Positions 60,069 through 64,000 of a stretch of DNA of 64,000 bases are shown in pieces. The first letter of the stretch is position 1; every line of letters begins with the position of its first letter. The stretch is from positions 62,133 through 126,132 of the forward strand of contig QPMI01000164.1 of NCBI GenBank assembly GCA_004431415.1. The letters run 5' to 3'. Source of the DNA: Cyanophora paradoxa CCMP329 (lineage: Eukaryota; Plantae; Glaucophyta). The notes under the pieces are model-generated. The model was not told the DNA's origin and did not search any database. It was given only the letters and a program-made list of their open reading frames with translations. The position numbers and the translations under genes are program-made.

Positions 60069-63000
60069 ATGGCAAGCGTGCAGCTCTTCTGCATCAGCAT
60101 TCCCGGGAACGTGCTCGAGCTTGACGGCGTGGTGCTCAACGACCACCACGTCCTCCGCCGCATCAACCTGTACTCGCTGTGCGACGAGGACTGCGTCGTG
60201 AAGCTGCGCTCCGACTTCGGCGACCGCGTTATCTTCCAGCTGCACAACGAGAACCTGCACGATGGGGAGGATGCGCTCGGAGGCGTGCGGTCGTCGGCCT
60301 CCATGCGGCGCTCCCAGAGCGACGACGGCCTCGCCGCCCGCGCGCGCGAGGACGACGCGTCGAGCACCGAGTCGGAGGAGTTCAACGAGGTCGCCCCGCC
60401 GCCCCGCCCGCCGCCTTCGCCGGCCGACGCCGCCCCGCAGCTCTTCAACCTGGTGGACGTGGTGACGGAGGTCCACGTGCCGGCGCGCGGCTCGGCCTCC
60501 TTCGTCTTCAACTTCCGCGCCGACCGCACGCTCGGCGACCCGCGCGACCCCGCCGCCCTCCTCGTCGTCCGCCGCCCCGCCCGCCCCGCCCGCCCCGGCC
60601 CCGCGGTTGCCGACGCCTGGAGCGCAGGGGGCGGCCGGGGCCGGGGCGGCGCAGCTGGAGGACAGGGAGGGCGGGGAGGCGGCGCAGGCGCTGGCGCTGC
60701 GGCGGACGTACGCGACGCGGCGGATGGCGGGGCGCCTCTTCCTCGACGGGAGCGCCGCGCACGGGGCGCAGCAGCAGTCGGTGCTGGAGGTGCGCGTCGA
60801 GGGCTGCCGCTCCGTCCTGCGCGCGGAGCCGGCGGAGCTGGTCTTCGACGAGTGCGTGCCGGGCTCGACGTACGTGAAGGACCTCACTGTGCTCAACGCC
60901 TCGGAGCTCCCCACGCGTTTCATCCTCCGGCCCCCGCCCCGCGGTCCCTTCGAGTTCACTGACTACTCCTCCGGCCTCCCAAGTCCGCCCCCCCGCCCTC
61001 GTCCGGGCCCCGCGCCCCGCCACTCACCGCCCTCCCGCAGTGAGCCGGGGGCCGGTGGAGCTGAAGGGGTACGACCGCGTGAGCATCCGCGTTACGTTCC
61101 GGCCGCGGGCCGTCGGATCGCTGCACCTCCCCCTCGACGTGCGCCGCGCCGCGCCCGCCCTTGCCCCCGGCGGAGCGCGGGTCGAGCGGTCGACTCGGGC
61201 AGATCGAGAACGTGCGGGACGAGGCGAACACGATCAACATGACCATCGTCGCCTACGTCGCCCCGCCCCAAGTCCGATCGGTCCGCCCCGGCGCGCGCGC
61301 CCCGCCCCGTTCTGCCCGGGCCGACGGGGCTGCAGGACGGCCTCCTCGTGACGTTCCCGGGGGGCGGGGCCCTCGACTTCGGCGATTGCTACGCCGGCCT
61401 TCCCAGCCGCCAGGCCCGCCCCCGCCCCGCGCCCCCGCCCCGCGCCCACCGTTCCGCTGGCGCTCACGGCGGAGCGGGGCGGGCGTGCGTGCAGGTGCTG
61501 ACGGTGACGAACGTGACTCGGGAGACACTGGAGATCCACGTGGCCGTGGAGCGGGACCGGGGCGAGCAGCCGGCCGCCCAGCGCGGCACCCTCATCTTCG
61601 ACACCCACACCGACGCCGAGCAGGCCCGCCCGCGCGCCACCCCGCCCGCGCGCGCCCCCTTGGCTCGGTTCCCCCCGCTGACGGGCGTCGGGCGAGGCAG
61701 GACGAGGCGGCGGCGCCCCCGCACCCGTTCGACGCGGACGCCGACGATGACTCAGACGGGGACGAGGCCGGCCCCGGCGGGAACGAGCCCCGGACCCAGC
61801 GGCCGCGCCTCGGCACCGGCACCGACGACGCCGCCGGCTCCCGCGCCCGCTCCCCGCCCGGCGAGGGCCGCGACTCGACGGGCGGCGCGCTCCCGCCGGG
61901 CGGCAACGCGAGCGACGGGGAGGCGGGGCCGGGGAGGAGGGCGGGCGGGCCCGGACTCGCCGGGCCCGCCGGGCGGGGCGCGGGAGGAGGCCGAGGAGGG
62001 CGGCCTCGGGGGCGAGGAGAGCGAGGCCGAGGAGCGGCGGCCGCGGCGGCGGGGCGGCAAGGCGGCCAAGGGCCAGGGGCGGGAGCGGGAGCGGGGCGAG
62101 GAGCTGACCCTCGCCCCGGGCCAGCAGCGGCGCGTCGTCGTCTGGTACTACCCCCCCACCGAGGCCGACCTCCCGGAGCTCAAGGCCCGCCCCGCCCCGC
62201 CCCGCCAGGCCCCGCCCTCTCCTTCTCCTCCTCTCTCTGAGCCCCGGCGCAGAGCGGGCGCCCGGCGAAGGTGGCGCTCCGGGTGTCGCTGCGGGGCTGG
62301 GCGGCGGCGCCGGGGGCGGCGGGGCGGCACCACCGCTCGCTCTCGCAGGTGGAGCCCGTGACGTCCAAGGCGGTGCAGGTCAAGGCGAGCGTGACGGCCT
62401 CGCTCGTCCGCGTCTTCCCCGCCCTCCTCAACTTTGGCGACTGCAACATCGGCTCCCGCAAGGCACGCCCGCCCGCCCGCCCCGCCCCGCCGGCCCTGCT
62501 CCGCCCGGCCCCGCCCGGCGCCGCTGACGGGGCCTCTCTTCTCTCTCGCGCGCGCGCAGACGGCGAAGCTGCAGGTGCAGAACCTCTCGGACCTGCCGAC
62601 CTCCATCGCCGTCCGCTACGACTCCAAGGTCGTCAGGCGCGCTCCCCCCGGCCCCCCGGGCCCCCGCCCCACCCCGCCCCGCCCCGCCCCGCTGCCTCAG
62701 AGCGAGCGAGCGGGCGGGCGGGGCGCAGCGTGACGCCGCTGGAGCTGGCGATCGGGCCGCGGCAGCTTGGCGAGCTCGACGTCGCCTTCTGCCCGCTCCG
62801 CGTCAACCCCAACTACCGCAAGCAGATCAAGGCCCGCCCCCAGCATTTCGCCCCGCCCCTGGCCCCGGGCTGAGGCGGGGGCGCGCGCGCAGGTGGTGAA
62901 CCAGCGGAACCGGCGGGAGCACCACATCGTGGAGGTGGCGGCGAACAACATGGACGCGCACCGCGTGACCTTCCACTCCCTCTTCTACAAGCTCATCACC

Positions 63001-64000
63001 CCCACCGCCTCCAATGCCATCGTCTTCGGTGACTCCGTCGTCAACTTCCCCGCCGTCCGCCCCGCCCCGCCCCGCCCAGCCCCGCCCCTCCTTCGCCTCG
63101 CTCAGCCCCGCGCCGCGCCCTCAGATGCGGAGCGTGCGGGTCAAGAACATCACGGCGGGCCCGCTGGCGCTCAAGTTCGAGCCCTCGGACCCGGGCGAGC
63201 TCTCCGTCTACCGCGAGGGCGCCCAGCGCCCCGCCTTCGCCCTCTCCCACGCCGCCTCCTCCGCCCTCGCCCCCGCCGCCTCCGCCGCCTCCCTCGCCTC
63301 CCTCGCCGGCGGCCTCCTCTCGGGCAGCTCCAGCGCCGGGGGGCCCCTCTCGGCCCTCCTCGAGTCCATTACGGAGAACCCCGAGCGCCGCTTCTCGCTG
63401 CGGGGCGGGCGCCCCGCCGCCCCCGCCTCGCTCGTGCTGCCCCCCACGAACGCCCCCGCCGCCTCGCCGGCCGGCGGCGCGGCGGGCTCGCCTGCCTCGG
63501 GGACGTCGGCGGCGCCGAGCACGCCTCGGGGCCCCCGCAAGCGCTCCGCCTCGCCCTCGTGGCGCAAGACCGCATCCGTGTCGGACATGAGCCGCCTCCT
63601 CGCCGCGCCGCGCCCGTTGCAGCCGAGCGGCTCGTCGCCGGCGGCGGCCGCCGCCGCCGCGCTGCGCAGCTTCCTGGACGGCGACGCCGACGTGGAGGGC
63701 GACGAGGCGACTCGGCGGCCGCCGCCGCCGGCGCCGGCGGGCGGGGCCGCAGCTCGAGCCCGGCCGCCGCCGCGGCGCCCTCGCCCTACTGGGGCCCCGG
63801 CGACCCGGCGGGGCTGGGGCTCGCCCCCCGCGGGGCGCTCCCCTCGGCGCCGAGCGTGGCGTCGGTGTCGACGGAGGCGCAGCGGGAGGGCCCGGCGCTG
63901 GTGCGGGGCCGGACGTCGGCGCTGGGGCTTCTGGAGGCGCTGCGGCAGATGGAGGAGGCGGCGCGGGCGCCCATCCTCCCCGACTCCGACGAGGAGCGCC
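60069..64000 (+). CDS. Large protein with tandem Ig-like (ASH/PapD/Hydin-type) repeats, runs off the window
   Basis: Repeated P..L.FG/DC......L.V.N motifs: ELVFDECVPGSTYVKDLTVLN, LDFGDCYAG..VLTVTN, LNFGDCNIG..LQVQN, IVFGDSVVN..VRVKN. Confidence 0.7.

Overview
This is very GC-rich, intron-dense eukaryotic nuclear DNA with short (about 40-90 nt) GT-AG and GC-AG introns, so most ORFs in the six-frame track are spurious or single exons. A spliced class A penicillin-binding protein, an LHC-like protein and several transit peptides with an early Phe suggest a glaucophyte alga such as Cyanophora (inference). Layout: (1) 1-4 kb holds a partial helical-repeat gene and a PUB-domain fragment. (2) 4.7-24.6 kb holds four tandem minus-strand paralogs in an (AB)x2 pattern, each encoding Cys motif - TPR - coiled coil - CCCH - variant RING-H2. 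(3) 25-64 kb holds mostly single-copy genes in head-to-head pairs: RUS/DUF647, SLC35B-type transporter, TMEM181, UBP1/TIA-1 with two truncated tandem copies, a Tat-signal small protein, a C2-like protein, a SEP/OHP-like protein, CK2 beta, PBP1A and a large Ig/ASH-repeat protein. The most striking signal comes from aligning the duplicated segments by eye. They differ repeatedly by one stereotyped mutation, a 3-bp inverted triplication (X to X-revcomp(X)-X, +6 bp), which would also explain the palindrome-saturated non-coding DNA. A candidate tRNA-derived SINE lies at 34.36-34.54 kb. Gene boundaries were read manually and are approximate.
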